From an uncultured delta proteobacterium (GTDB lineage Bacteria > Myxococcota_A > Polyangia > Fen-1088), in the NCBI GenBank assembly GCA_963755125.1, contig CAVWIP010000018.1, positions 128,001 through 192,000 of the forward strand: a stretch of 64,000 nt of DNA. The letters are read 5' to 3'. The notes below the pieces were generated by a model. The model made no database searches and was not told the origin of the DNA. It was given only the letters and a program-made list of their open reading frames with translations. Both the position numbers and the translations under genes were made by a program. Positions within the stretch are counted from its first letter, which is position 1, and the number at the start of each line of letters is the position of its first letter. This document shows positions 10,064-21,154 of the stretch, in pieces.

Positions 10064-11013
10064 TGGCAAAGCGAAGCTTCGATCTCCTGCTGGCATTCGG
10101 CCTGGTGGCTGTGCTGTCCTGCAAGTACGATCCCCACCCGGACAACGGAAAGCAGCTCTGCGGCGCCAGCGGCGCAAAGCAATGTCCCAGCGGGTACACG
10201 TGCTACTCCGGCACGTGCTGGATTGCGGCCGACATTCCGACCGGCAGCGGAAGCGGTACGGCGACCAACCCTGGAACCAACACCGGCGCCAGCGGAAGCG
10301 GTACCGGCACCGGAACTGCCACCGGCACCGGCACCGGAACCGCCACCGGCACAGCCTGTGGCGAGTTGAACCACGTCTGCTGTGCCAACAGCGTGTGTAC
10401 GGCGAACGGAACCGTGTGCAACGGCTTGACCTGCGAGGCCTGCGGCATCACCGGCCGGCCCTGCTGCGCCAACAAGGTTTGCTCAGGCACGGGCACTATC
10501 TGCAACGCTGCGGGCAACTGCGTCGTCTGCGGCGTCAGCGGCTACATCTGCTGCGCCGACGACACCTGCACAGGCAGTGACACCGTCTGTTCCGCCGGCA
10601 ATTGTGTTCCCTGTGGAACCTCGGACCAGCCGTGCTGCACCGGCAACCTCTGCGGCGCCTCCCTGGCGTGTATCGGAGTGACCTGCCAGCAGCCCACTCC
10701 CGACGGGGGAGTCTCGACGTCTACCGGCACAGCGACCGCGCACGATGCCGGGATCGACGTTGGCACAGGGACTCTCACAGGTACCGCGACCGTCACCACG
10801 ACTGTGCGCGACGCCGGGATCGACGCCGCGACGAACACCTCTACGGGTACGACAACCACCACCAAGAGCAAGACCAGCACCGGGACCGACACCTCAACGT
10901 CGCCTATCATCACCCTCCCCAGGACAACCCTCCACACCATCATCACCACGGACGTAACCACGGCTTTGCCCCTCGGCACCGACATAACCGCCAGCGCGCC
11001 CTCAGCGCACTAG
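10063..11013 (+). CDS. Cys-rich lipoprotein
   Basis: TGATG overlap with the TPR gene; VLSC lipobox; repeated CGxxxxxCCA units; GT- and T-rich linkers. Confidence 0.85.
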   Translation: MAKRSFDLLLAFGLVAVLSCKYDPHPDNGKQLCGASGAKQCPSGYTCYSGTCWIAADIPTGSGSGTATNPGTNTGASGSGTGTGTATGTGTGTATGTACGELNHVCCANSVCTANGTVCNGLTCEACGITGRPCCANKVCSGTGTICNAAGNCVVCGVSGYICCADDTCTGSDTVCSAGNCVPCGTSDQPCCTGNLCGASLACIGVTCQQPTPDGGVSTSTGTATAHDAGIDVGTGTLTGTATVTTTVRDAGIDAATNTSTGTTTTTKSKTSTGTDTSTSPIITLPRTTLHTIITTDVTTALPLGTDITASAPSAH

Positions 11014-11610
11014 CCCAAGTTCAGCCAGCGCTCGCGCGAGTTGGCGAAACGCGGCCGCGCGGTGAGAGAGCCGATTCTTTTCCTCGAGCGAGATCTCGGC
11101 CATGGTGCGCCCGAGCGACTCGACGAGGAAGAGCGGGTCGTAGCCGAAGCCGCCCGTGCCGTGCGGAGATTCCAGCAGGCGGCCCTCGCACGCGCCCGTG
11201 CGCACAATCTCCAAACCGTGCGCTGGATCCACGAACGCAGCCGCGCAGCGGTAGCGAGCGGTGCGCTTTTCCGTCGGGACGCCGGCCAATTCGCGCAGCA
11301 TCCTCTGGTTGTTTCGCGTATCGTCGCAGGGCTGGCCGCTCCATCGCGCCGAGTACACTCCCGGGGCTCCGTGGAGAGCATCCACCTCGATGCCCGAATC
11401 GTCGGCCAGGGCCGGCAGCCCGCTGGCCGCCGCCGCCTGGCGCGCCTTGGAAAGCGCATTGCCCTCGAAGGTCGGCTCGTTCTCGGTCAGCGCACGCCCG
11501 GGCGCAACCTCGTCGATCGAGATCAGCTCCCATGGCAGACCAGCATCGGCCAAAAGGACGCCGATCTCGGCCAGCTTGTGCCGGTTGCGGCTGGCGACCA
11601 CGACCCTCAC
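11002..11610 (-). CDS. rdgB: dITP/XTP pyrophosphatase (HAM1 family)
   Basis: [38 protein letters not shown] and KNRLSHR; GTGA overlap with rph. Confidence 0.96.
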   Translation of the reverse strand: MRVVVASRNRHKLAEIGVLLADAGLPWELISIDEVAPGRALTENEPTFEGNALSKARQAAAASGLPALADDSGIEVDALHGAPGVYSARWSGQPCDDTRNNQRMLRELAGVPTEKRTARYRCAAAFVDPAHGLEIVRTGACEGRLLESPHGTGGFGYDPLFLVESLGRTMAEISLEEKNRLSHRAAAFRQLARALAELGLVR

Positions 11611-12320
11611 GGGAGCTTGGCCGCCTCCAGGGCTTTCTGCTGGAGGGCAAAGAGCTGTTTCGCACCCACGCTCGCCAGAGCCACCAGCTTGGCGTAGTCG
11701 TCGGAGGAAAACGGCTCTCCCTCGGCCGTGCCCTGGATTTCGATGAACTGGCCCGCGTCGGTCATCACGAAGTTGAAATCCACGTCGGCCGCGGAGTCCT
11801 CCTCGTAGGCCAAGTCCAGACGCGGCTCGCCGGCCACCATGCCCACTGACAGCGCGGCCACTACCCGGCGCAGGGGATCGTGGGCCAGCTTCTCGCTCTT
11901 CACCAACCGTCGCACGGCCAGGGCCAGCGCGACCCACCCGCCGGTGATGGCCGCCGTGCGCGTGCCGCCGTCGGCTTGGATGACGTCGCAGTCCACCGTC
12001 AACTGACGCTCGCCCATGTGCGAGGTTCGCACGGCCGCGCGCAACGCCCGACCGATGAGCCGCTGGATCTCCTGGCCGCGGCCGCCCGGATTGCGTCCCG
12101 AGCGCGTGTGGGTCGAACGCGGGAGCATGGCGTATTCTGCCGTGACCCAGCCCTTGCCCTGCCCTGTCAGAAAGGGTGGCACCTTGTTCTCGACGGTGGC
12201 GGTGCAGATGACCTTGGTCTCGCCGAATTCGACCAAGGCCGACCCCTCGGCGTAGCGGTTGCAGTCCGGGGTGATGTGGATGGCGCGCAGTTCATCGGAT
12301 CGTCGACCGTCAGGGCGCAT
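11607..12320 (-). CDS. rph: Ribonuclease PH
   Basis: [45 protein letters not shown] and EIQGTAEG. Confidence 0.97.
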   Translation of the reverse strand: MRPDGRRSDELRAIHITPDCNRYAEGSALVEFGETKVICTATVENKVPPFLTGQGKGWVTAEYAMLPRSTHTRSGRNPGGRGQEIQRLIGRALRAAVRTSHMGERQLTVDCDVIQADGGTRTAAITGGWVALALAVRRLVKSEKLAHDPLRRVVAALSVGMVAGEPRLDLAYEEDSAADVDFNFVMTDAGQFIEIQGTAEGEPFSSDDYAKLVALASVGAKQLFALQQKALEAAKLP

Positions 12321-12330
12321 GGTGTGCAGG

Positions 12331-12359
12331 AGGATCCCTGTCCCCTGGCGGCCTGTCAA
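12331..12359 (-). promoter_or_regulatory. Putative sigma70 promoter for rph-rdgB
   Basis: TTGACA, 17-bp spacer, GATCCT, about 10 bp before the ATG (near-leaderless). Confidence 0.45.
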
Positions 12360-12366
12360 CCGACCT

Positions 12367-13836
12367 TCAGAAAAGGCTGACGGCCGAAAGGCAGAATCTG
12401 AACCTAAGCGAGGTTTCTTGCGATGCCACCTGCAGGGAGAAGGAATCGATCTTCGTGAAGTCAGGCAGGCCCGCACCACCAGGGGCCCAGCAGGCGAACT
12501 TGAATTCCGACGGCACAACCGCCCGCCCCGATCGGTAGTTCTCGATGCAGTACACCTGCTTGGCCGGATCGCCCTCGCGATGCGCGACCAAGCGGTAGTG
12601 GCCGGCCTTGCCCCGGTACTCCATGGCCACGCTCGAGGCTGCGCGGCTGCCCCAAGCCTGGCCGTCGCTGCGCGGGTGCCACTGAATGAGCACGCCCCAG
12701 TTGGTAGCCCAGTTGCATCTCATCGCCGGGATCTTCTCTTCCGCGCACGCGAGCTCGGCGATTTTCCCGCGGGTGCACAGCATGCCGCGATCAAGGTAGA
12801 GATTGTCAGGCAAGCTCTCTGCGGGCAGCGAAAACCTCGTCCCTTCGCCACCGATAGCCAGAACCGGACCGGCGGCGCCTTCGGCCAGCTTGCCATCCGC
12901 GCCGATGGTCAGACGTCCTGGGCCCAGCGCGGGCTCGTCGTCCTCCGCGGACGAGGCTGTCCAATCACGGCCGAGCGGCTCGACCACGGCAACCGGTGGC
13001 TCTGCGACTGCTGGCTCTTCCTTGGCGACGAGTGAAGGACCGCGCACCACGGGCTTGCTGCTCAGCGCGCCCCTCCTGTGCTCAACCCGGGCGGCTGTTG
13101 CTGGGGCAAGCTCAGCCCCGGTCTTTCCTGGGGCTTCGGCCGAAACGGCCTGTGCAAGGGCGGCCGTGGCCTGCAGGCCTGCTCCGCGATCGCCCGGAAG
13201 CGCGTGGCCAGTGGTCGTAGCCACCTCCTCAAACCTGTTCCCGGCGCGCACCGGGGTGGGGTCGCGAAGCGGGCCACCGGTCACGCTCACTTCTCCCTCA
13301 CTCACTTCCAGTCTGAAACGGGCTTGCTCAGGCGCCCAATCCACCTCGAAGCGCGTGCCGGTCACCCGAACCTCGAAAGGTCCGGCCAGCACCGCCCAGC
13401 GGACACCCGGGCGATGGATCACGGCCAGATCGGCGTGGCCACTCCGAAGAACAAGCTCGGCACCACTTGGTCCCAGTGCGCGTAGCTGGCCATGCGTGCC
13501 CTTGCCCAGCGTGATGCGCGTTCCATCATCGGACGCCACAGTACACCCGCGCTCATCCGCCACCGATAGATTCCCATCGCGAGCCAGAGCACAGCCCTGC
13601 GGGCCGTGGCCCAGGGTACGGCCCGCGGCGATCCACAACACCAGGCCCGCCAGCGCCGGAATGACCAGGACCAGCCAGCGACGTCGCAATGGGCCTGGCC
13701 CTCCCGCAAGGGCCAATTCGATCTCCGCCCATTGCCGGTGGTCCGGCTGCCGCTCATCGCCAGCCTGAGCCGCGAGGTCACCCAACCGATGACAGTGGCT
13801 CTCGCTGGCGTTCATCGAATCTTGTTGCTTGATCAA
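12367..13836 (-). CDS. FecR-domain anti-sigma factor with C-terminal CBM-like domain
   Basis: [20 protein letters not shown]; FecR motif DGTRITL...LRSG...[10 protein letters not shown]...VSEGEV; TTG start overlaps the sigma stop codon, RBS GGAGGA. Confidence 0.85.
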   Translation of the reverse strand: MIKQQDSMNASESHCHRLGDLAAQAGDERQPDHRQWAEIELALAGGPGPLRRRWLVLVIPALAGLVLWIAAGRTLGHGPQGCALARDGNLSVADERGCTVASDDGTRITLGKGTHGQLRALGPSGAELVLRSGHADLAVIHRPGVRWAVLAGPFEVRVTGTRFEVDWAPEQARFRLEVSEGEVSVTGGPLRDPTPVRAGNRFEEVATTTGHALPGDRGAGLQATAALAQAVSAEAPGKTGAELAPATAARVEHRRGALSSKPVVRGPSLVAKEEPAVAEPPVAVVEPLGRDWTASSAEDDEPALGPGRLTIGADGKLAEGAAGPVLAIGGEGTRFSLPAESLPDNLYLDRGMLCTRGKIAELACAEEKIPAMRCNWATNWGVLIQWHPRSDGQAWGSRAASSVAMEYRGKAGHYRLVAHREGDPAKQVYCIENYRSGRAVVPSEFKFACWAPGGAGLPDFTKIDSFSLQVASQETSLRFRFCLSAVSLF

Positions 13837-14480
13837 CTCGTTCCTCCCTGGCTCAGCAGACCCACGTATTGCATGAGAGCCGGCTCGGATTTCATGCGCG
13901 AGTCGACCCGCAGAGCGAGACGAGCCACGCGCCGCTTTGCGGTGGAAAGGCTCATTCTGTGAACTGCGGCCACGTCGGCCATTTCCATTTTCTCGACATA
14001 CCGGGCGACGAACAGCGAGCGATCCTCTGTGCCCAGGCAGTCCAGCAGCCGGTACAGCGCGCGCATGGCCTCGCGCGCCTCGTCCCCCGCGTCGGGCAGC
14101 ACCGACCCGGGCAAGTCCTCGATCGAGGTGAGGCCCACGATGGCGCGGATGCGGCGGCGTCTCGCCTCGTTGCGGGCGACACCCAGGGTGATGCCGATGA
14201 TGAAGCCTGGCAAGGCGGCGGGCTCGCGTAGTTCATCGAGGCGTTTGAACACGCGCAAGAAGGCTTCCTGACAGACATCCAGGTGATCGGGGCCCGGCCC
14301 GAAAAAGCGCCTCACCACCCGCTGCACCAGGGACGCATATTTTTCCCAGATGGTCTGGCAAGCCCGGCGGTCCCCGCCGCGCGCCGCACGCACCAGCGGC
14401 CCGTCGCCACTGTCCGAATCACCGGACGCGAGTTGCGGCGGACGTGGGAAGCGAATCATGGGATGAAGCACCGCTGCCAT
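13833..14480 (-). CDS. ECF sigma factor
   Basis: Region 2 DVCQEAFLRVFKRLDELREP; region 4 LSTAKRRVAR. Start uncertain (14459 or 14480). Confidence 0.88.
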   Translation of the reverse strand: MAAVLHPMIRFPRPPQLASGDSDSGDGPLVRAARGGDRRACQTIWEKYASLVQRVVRRFFGPGPDHLDVCQEAFLRVFKRLDELREPAALPGFIIGITLGVARNEARRRRIRAIVGLTSIEDLPGSVLPDAGDEAREAMRALYRLLDCLGTEDRSLFVARYVEKMEMADVAAVHRMSLSTAKRRVARLALRVDSRMKSEPALMQYVGLLSQGGTS

Positions 14481-14607
14481 GCCATCCTGTCGAAGATTGG
14501 TTCTCACTGCAAGGTTGCCCAGATGCAGAAGGTGAAATCCGTCGCGGTCCTGGCCGGGTATGATTTCGACTCCGAGTCCGTTGACGTTCGTGCGGTTTGC
14601 CGTGATG

Positions 14608-15267
14608 TCAAATCGCGGGGGAACGAACCCCGAATGCAGAGTGCAACCCATCATGCGGCTTGCTCGCGCCACGTCGTTCCCCCTCGGGCCGCGCCAGCCC
14701 TAGCAAGTCCCGCCCGATTCGCGCCAGCTTGCGCAATCGGCTGAACACTGTTCGCCTTGTGATCCCCAAGGTCTCAGCGATCTCGATCTGCGACATGCCA
14801 TCCACGTAGTACATGACCGCCACGGTGGCGTTCGCCTCGCCACACCGGTCCAGCACGGCGGCCACGAACTCCCGATCCACTTGCCTTCCCTCCATCGATC
14901 GCGATGACGAGGGCCGAACCCGCAGCGAGGCTACCGCGCGGGTGTGAACCTTGCGTTCACGGATCTGATTCAGACAAACATTGGTCGACGCGCGGTACAG
15001 GTAGCGACGGCCGTCATCGTCGTTGGGAAACCGCGGCCCACGCGCGAGCACACGCACGAACGCCTCCTGGGTTGCGTCTCGGGCCGCCGCCTGCGACTGC
15101 AACATCCGCCGACAGTGGGCGTAGATTGCCGGCGCGTACTTCTGATACAGGGCGGCCAGGCCGATCTCGCCGTCAATGCTCGCGCATCCGCTCGCGGATG
15201 GGGCGGGGTCGCGAAGAGAGCGAGACGTGACGCTGGTTCTGCAGGAAGAAGCGACGCGGACGTCCAT
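14608..15267 (-). CDS. ECF sigma factor (second, tandem)
   Basis: LYQKYAPAIY, ARDATQEAF, YLYRASTNVCLN and DGMSQIEIAETLGITRRTVFSRL. Confidence 0.88.
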   Translation of the reverse strand: MDVRVASSCRTSVTSRSLRDPAPSASGCASIDGEIGLAALYQKYAPAIYAHCRRMLQSQAAARDATQEAFVRVLARGPRFPNDDDGRRYLYRASTNVCLNQIRERKVHTRAVASLRVRPSSSRSMEGRQVDREFVAAVLDRCGEANATVAVMYYVDGMSQIEIAETLGITRRTVFSRLRKLARIGRDLLGLARPEGERRGASKPHDGLHSAFGVRSPAI

Positions 15268-15470
15268 ACAGAAGTAGAGTCGCGAGCCGGCGGACGCGGG
15301 CCAGATTTCGTGTCCGCCAAATCGGTCTTCGCCGTAGCGTTCCCGCTGCGCCAGGTTGGGAAGAGCACTGGTTGTGCTAGCGGGGCCGCCCTACTGGGCG
15401 CCAACCTGGCCCGCCAAAGGTTGACCCGAACGTGAGCGCGTGCGACTCATATCCTCATGGAGGTGAGTTC

Positions 15471-16529
15471 ATGAATGCACCCCAACCCAAGATAAGCTCC
15501 GTGGCCGTTGTCTCACGACTGCGCAGGACTTTGGCAGCACAGTACGCGCTCGCGTCGCTTCTGCTGGTGGACTGCACGGCGCGGACCCCGCTCCGGTTGT
15601 TGGCAGGGGGCTCCTCGGAGCCGGAGAGCAGCGTTGACACCGGTGGAGAGACGGGCGGTGCGACTGGACTTCCAGGCTCCGGCGGCACGAACACCGGAGG
15701 TGTCGCCGGCATGGGTGGGGCAGGCGGAAGCGCCGCAGCCAGCTCTGCTTTGGGTGGGGCGTCAGGGGCTGTCAGCAGTGGCGGCATGGGCAGCGGCGGC
15801 GCCTCGTCCGCGGCGGGCATGACGACGATCTCCAGCGGCGGACACACCGCTGCGGGCGGCGCCACCGCGACCGCTGGGGGTGCAACCGCAAGCAAGGGTG
15901 GCTCATCAGCCGGCGGCAGCAAGGCCACCGGCGGCACCAATGCGACCGGCGGCAATACGTTCCGCGATGCCGGCCTGGCAACCGACGGGCCAGCCCCACC
16001 TGGCACCCCGACCATCACTGACAGCGGATACGTGACCGTATCCGCAGGCACAACCGTCTTGGCCGGGTTCGTCTCATCCTCTGAGGGCGGATCGGGATCT
16101 TCGATTTCGTTGACGTACGGACCGACATCATTCTGCGCCTCGGGCACAGTCGGTATGAACAGTACCTACAATTGCTGGGCTACTGCGGGATTCAATGTCA
16201 ACCAAGCCCAATCGGGCGCGAGTGGATCTTCAAGTTCGCTGGTGCTCTCGGGCAGCACGATTTCCGTAAGCTACGTCAACTACGCCGGGTCTCCGCTGGA
16301 GTTTCAGCTTTACGACGGCAGCGACTACTGGTGTTACTACCTGCCGCCGTCCACCAGCCCTACTACCAAGACGATACCGTTTTCGAGTCTCAACACCCAG
16401 TGCTGGAACAATAGTGGGAGCTCGTTTGCGTCTGGGACTCCCATCACATCGGTACAACTTGTCGTGCCGGGCAGCAACACCAGCCCCACGCCGTTCAATT
16501 TCTGTTTCTTGGGCCTCACCGTCCAGTAG
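15471..16529 (+). CDS. Secreted/lipoprotein with Gly/Ala/Thr linker and CBM-like C-terminal domain
   Basis: RBS GGAGGTG; LLLVDC; GG-rich linker; domain FCASG...W...GFNVNQ...WC...IPFSSLNTQCW...FNFC. Confidence 0.8.
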   Translation: MNAPQPKISSVAVVSRLRRTLAAQYALASLLLVDCTARTPLRLLAGGSSEPESSVDTGGETGGATGLPGSGGTNTGGVAGMGGAGGSAAASSALGGASGAVSSGGMGSGGASSAAGMTTISSGGHTAAGGATATAGGATASKGGSSAGGSKATGGTNATGGNTFRDAGLATDGPAPPGTPTITDSGYVTVSAGTTVLAGFVSSSEGGSGSSISLTYGPTSFCASGTVGMNSTYNCWATAGFNVNQAQSGASGSSSSLVLSGSTISVSYVNYAGSPLEFQLYDGSDYWCYYLPPSTSPTTKTIPFSSLNTQCWNNSGSSFASGTPITSVQLVVPGSNTSPTPFNFCFLGLTVQ

Positions 16530-16887
16530 CGGGCCGGCGCATACACTGCTTGTAAGGCACGCGGCCCGGGAGCGCGGGGATCTCTTTGCATTCCTCGCCG
16601 CGCGGGCAGTCTGGGTCCTCATCGCAAGCGACCGAAGCGGCCAGCCAGCCAGCCGCACCGATCGCGGCGCCGACCCCGATGACTGTGGTGACCAGGCCCA
16701 GGTTCGCGGTTCCGTTCTGGTCCCGGCGCTCGCCCACCACCCAGGTCGTCCCGCCGCCCACCAGCAGTGCGGCGCCAATGGCCGCCAACGTCTTTGGGCC
16801 CGCGTAGGGGTGCGCGCATCCCGAGGCGAGACAACCCACGAGCGCAAGAGCAATCGCCGCGCGCCGGGCATTTTTCAGGTGGTTCAC
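16516..16887 (-). CDS. Small lipoprotein with two hydrophobic helices and a Cys-rich C-terminus
   Basis: LASGC lipobox; CDEDPDCPRGEEC. Only the 3' end of the 650-aa track ORF looks like real coding sequence. Confidence 0.7.
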   Translation of the reverse strand: MNHLKNARRAAIALALVGCLASGCAHPYAGPKTLAAIGAALLVGGGTTWVVGERRDQNGTANLGLVTTVIGVGAAIGAAGWLAASVACDEDPDCPRGEECKEIPALPGRVPYKQCMRRPATGR

Positions 16888-16958
16888 GACCCAGAAGATC
16901 GCCGATATCGCCCCTCTCGTCCACTGCGCCGATCCGGATCTGGCGGGGTGCGATGTAG

Positions 16959-17001
16959 GTGACAGGGTCGGTGGCGGTGGTGGTGACAGTGACAGTAGCG
17001 G
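16959..17001. repeat. Degenerate hexamer run (GTGACA/GTGGCG)
   Basis: GTGACAGGGTCGGTGGCGGTGGTGGTGACAGTGACAGTAGCGG; opposite orientation to the 17451-17490 run. Confidence 0.6.
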
Positions 17002-17124
17002 TGCTGGACATCTTCCGCAGGAGAACCCCGCGTCGGCCCCGATATGCCTTCGGCTGCCCGAGAATCGACAGCCTGAGAATCGAGGCTTGCCACGGCGCCG
17101 CGGACCGTCGCACAATCGCACCCC

Positions 17125-17438
17125 ATGGCGAAGCTCTCGGTCAGGGAAATCCAGGCGCAAGCTCTCAAGATCGTTGGCGCACATCCCGGGGGCATCAGAT
17201 ACAGCGATCTCGTCACAAGGATCCTGGAAATCAGCCCGGAGACGCCTCGGAACACCGTTGCCGGCTCTGTCTGGAATCTCGACAGCATTCGACCTGATTC
17301 CGTTCGCAAACCAAGGAGCCGAACTATCGCATTCGCATGCGTGCCCAGCGTTTCTCTGCTGACATGTTCTACGTGAATGAACTCGCCGACCGCCTGAAGA
17401 ACCAGGATCCCGAAGTGTTCGAGAAACTATTCCGATGA
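17125..17438 (+). pseudogene. Internally deleted or frameshifted gene with an N-terminal winged-helix-like domain
   Basis: One frame reads MAKLSVREIQ...GGIRYSDLV...TVAGSVWNLD...KP; a second frame reads EPNYRIRMRAQRFSADMFYVNELADRLKNQDPEVFEKLFR*. Junction near 17310. Confidence 0.6.
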
Positions 17439-17450
17439 CATACGCATTGG

Positions 17451-17490
17451 TTGCCGTCACCGTCACCGTCACCGTCACCGCCTCCGCCCC
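17451..17490. repeat. (CCGTCA)4 hexamer run
   Basis: TTGCCGTCACCGTCACCGTCACCGTCACCGCCTCCGCC. Confidence 0.8.
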
Positions 17491-17601
17491 TCTCACCGCA
17501 CCCCGCCCCGAACGCGTCAAAGAAGCAGTATAAGTTCGCCTTATGGTGTTGCGTCGGGCTTGATTCCTGACGAGGGCTGGCGTAATCCGGTCGCATCCCC
17601 C

Positions 17602-18591
<990 letters not shown>

Positions 18592-18605
18592 CCACGAGGA
18601 GAACC

Positions 18606-19805
18606 ATGGCCTACGAGTTCAGACTGCCCGATATCGGCGAGGGAATGGCAGAGGGCGAAATCGTCCGCTGGCTGGTCAAGGAAGGCGACCTGCTGGGGCA
18701 GGACCAGCCCATGGTGGAGATCATGACCGACAAGGCCACGGTGGAGATCGCCGCCCCACGCGCCGGGCGCGTGCTCGATCGCTGCTTCAAGGAGGGCCAA
18801 CGCTGCCCGGTGGGCGAGGTGCTGGTCATCATCGGCACCAGCGACGATGACGACCGGACGCCGAGCCCAGTCGCACCCACGCCTGGGCCCACGCCCCCGC
18901 CGGCCCCGGTGGCCTCCGCGCCGGCCCGCAAACCCGAAACCGTGCTGGCCACCCCGGCGGTGCGCAAGCTGGCACGCGAGATGGACGTGGATCTCACCAC
19001 CGTCACGGGCACCGGCCCAGGCGGCCAGATCACGGCCGAGGACGTGCGCGCGGCCAAGGTGTCGGCCGGACTGGTGGCGCCCACGCCCCGGCCCACCGTG
19101 ACCGGCGATGTCCGCATCCCGTTTCGCGGCGTGCGCCGCAAGATTGCCGAGCACATGCTGCGCACCCAGCGCGAGGTGGCCCAGTTCACTTATATGGAGG
19201 AGGTCGATGCCACCGAGTTGGTCGAGCTACGCAACAAGGCCGAGGCGCGCCTGGCGAGCCATGACGTCAAGCTCAGCTACCTGCCCTTCTTCATCCGGGC
19301 CACGGTGGAGGCGCTGAAGAAGCAGCCGCAGCTCAATTCCTATCTCGACGAGAAGGCGGGCGAGATCGTGCAGCGGCACGAGTACCACATCGGCCTGGCG
19401 GCACAGACCCCCGAAGGGCTCATGGTCCCGGTGATTCGCCACGCCGAGCGGCGCTCGCTGCTGGAGCTGGCCCGCGAGGTAGAACGGCTGGCCACCTCGG
19501 CGCGCACCGGTCACGTTTCCCCGTCGGATCTCGGCGGCTCCACCTTCACCATCACCAGCCTGGGCGCACTGGGCGGCCTTTCAGCCACGCCCATCATCAA
19601 CTACCCCGAGGTGGCCATCCTGGCGGTTCACAAGATCGCCAAGCGACCCGCGGTGGTCGACGACAAGATCGTGATCCGCGAGATGATGAATCTGTCGCTC
19701 TCGGTGGATCACCGCATGGTCGATGGCCACGACGCGGCCAGGTTCGTGGCCGAGATCAAGGCCTCGCTGGAGACACCGGGCCTGCTCTTCCTAGAATCGC
19801 ACTAG
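18606..19805 (+). CDS. Dihydrolipoamide acyltransferase (E2)
   Basis: Lipoyl motif MTDKAT; E3-binding ATPAVRKLARE; catalytic DHRMVDG. Confidence 0.96.
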   Translation: MAYEFRLPDIGEGMAEGEIVRWLVKEGDLLGQDQPMVEIMTDKATVEIAAPRAGRVLDRCFKEGQRCPVGEVLVIIGTSDDDDRTPSPVAPTPGPTPPPAPVASAPARKPETVLATPAVRKLAREMDVDLTTVTGTGPGGQITAEDVRAAKVSAGLVAPTPRPTVTGDVRIPFRGVRRKIAEHMLRTQREVAQFTYMEEVDATELVELRNKAEARLASHDVKLSYLPFFIRATVEALKKQPQLNSYLDEKAGEIVQRHEYHIGLAAQTPEGLMVPVIRHAERRSLLELAREVERLATSARTGHVSPSDLGGSTFTITSLGALGGLSATPIINYPEVAILAVHKIAKRPAVVDDKIVIREMMNLSLSVDHRMVDGHDAARFVAEIKASLETPGLLFLESH

Positions 19806-19806
19806 C

Positions 19807-20976
19807 ATGGCCGACAAGCCCGTCAGAAAGGTCCGCTCGGGCCAGAGCCAGGCGGAGATCGTCGAGGCTTTCTCCGACGTGGACGAGGCGCGCGCCACCG
19901 GACTGCGGCAGATCCTCGACGAGAATGGGCACGAACTCGCGGCCGTGCCCACCCTGTCGGCCACGGAGCTGGTGCGCATGTACGAGGGCATGCTGCGCGG
20001 CCGGCTGCTCGACGAGCATATGCTGACCATGCAGCGCCAGGGCCGCATCGGCCTGTACCTGGACGCTCGCGGACAGGAAGCCGGCGCGATCGCGGCAGCC
20101 CACGCCCTGGCCCCGGACGACACCTTCGTTCCAGCGCTGCGGGAAGCGAGCGCTGCGCTGTATCGCGGGCTGCCGCTGCGCACCTACCTGGCGCAGATGT
20201 TGGGCAATGCCAATGATCCCGCGCATGGCCGACAGATGCCGGGGGCGCTCGGGTCACGTGCCAGCCGCCATGTCATCGGGTCTTCCAGCGTGGCCTCGCA
20301 GATGCCGCACGCCACGGGCCTGGCCTGGGCCGCGCGCATGCGCGGTGAACGCGCGGTGGTCGTCTGTTTCGTGGGCGACGGCGGCACAAGCGAAGATGAC
20401 TTTCAGTCCGGGCTGAATTTCGCGGCTGTGTTCAAGGCGCCGGTGGTGTTCGTTTGCCAGAACAACCAGTGGGCCATCTCCACGCCACTTTCCAGCCAGA
20501 CCGCTGCGCGCAGCATCGCCATCAAGGGTCTTGCCTTCGGCGTGCCGTCGTTCCGGGTCGACGGCAACGACGTGCTCGCGCTCTACGCTGTCATCAAAGA
20601 CACCGTGGATCGGGCGCGTGCTGGCAGCGGCCCCAGCTTCGTCGAGGCGGTCACCTATCGCATGGGCGCCCATGGCCCGAACGACGATCCCAGTCGCTAC
20701 CGCGATCCCGCCGAGGCAGTGGCGTGGCAGCGCAAGGATCCGCTGCTGCGTTTCGGCCTCTGGTTGGACGCCCAGAAGATCCTGACAGCCGAGGCCCAGA
20801 CGGCCGCGCGCCAGCGCATCGACGACGAAATCCGCGCGGCTATCGCCGCCGAGGAGACCGTGGGCCCGCCGTCGACGTCATCTTTGTTCGACGACGTCTT
20901 GGCCGAGCCGAGCTGGCTCATCGAGGAGCAGCGGGCCGAGTACCTGCGCGCGCGCAAGCGGCGCACTTCGCAGTAG
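19807..20976 (+). CDS. 2-oxoacid dehydrogenase E1 alpha subunit
   Basis: QRQGRIG, GQEA, ThDP motif GDGGTSE...QNNQWAIS, and YRMGAH...DDPSRYR. Confidence 0.95.
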   Translation: MADKPVRKVRSGQSQAEIVEAFSDVDEARATGLRQILDENGHELAAVPTLSATELVRMYEGMLRGRLLDEHMLTMQRQGRIGLYLDARGQEAGAIAAAHALAPDDTFVPALREASAALYRGLPLRTYLAQMLGNANDPAHGRQMPGALGSRASRHVIGSSSVASQMPHATGLAWAARMRGERAVVVCFVGDGGTSEDDFQSGLNFAAVFKAPVVFVCQNNQWAISTPLSSQTAARSIAIKGLAFGVPSFRVDGNDVLALYAVIKDTVDRARAGSGPSFVEAVTYRMGAHGPNDDPSRYRDPAEAVAWQRKDPLLRFGLWLDAQKILTAEAQTAARQRIDDEIRAAIAAEETVGPPSTSSLFDDVLAEPSWLIEEQRAEYLRARKRRTSQ

Positions 20977-21059
20977 CCCGCGCAGGCGGGCGTCCCGTGG
21001 TCAGGTGGGCGCGCGACCTCGATCCACTTGATTGCAGGAGACGCCTGTCGGCTCGCTGC

Positions 21060-21154
21060 AAGGCGCTCGCTGAGCGAGAAGAAGTTGAGAAAGCGGCTCG
21101 GCTTCTGACGCCAGGCCCAAGCGGCTCGTCATCGACGAGCTCGGCGACTGCCCA
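21060..21154 (+). mobile_element. Degraded IS21 istB fragment
   Basis: Across frameshifts reads KALAE..KLxKRLGF.ARPKRLVIDELGDCP, resembling the IstB Walker B region KPKLLIIDELGYLP. Confidence 0.5.
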
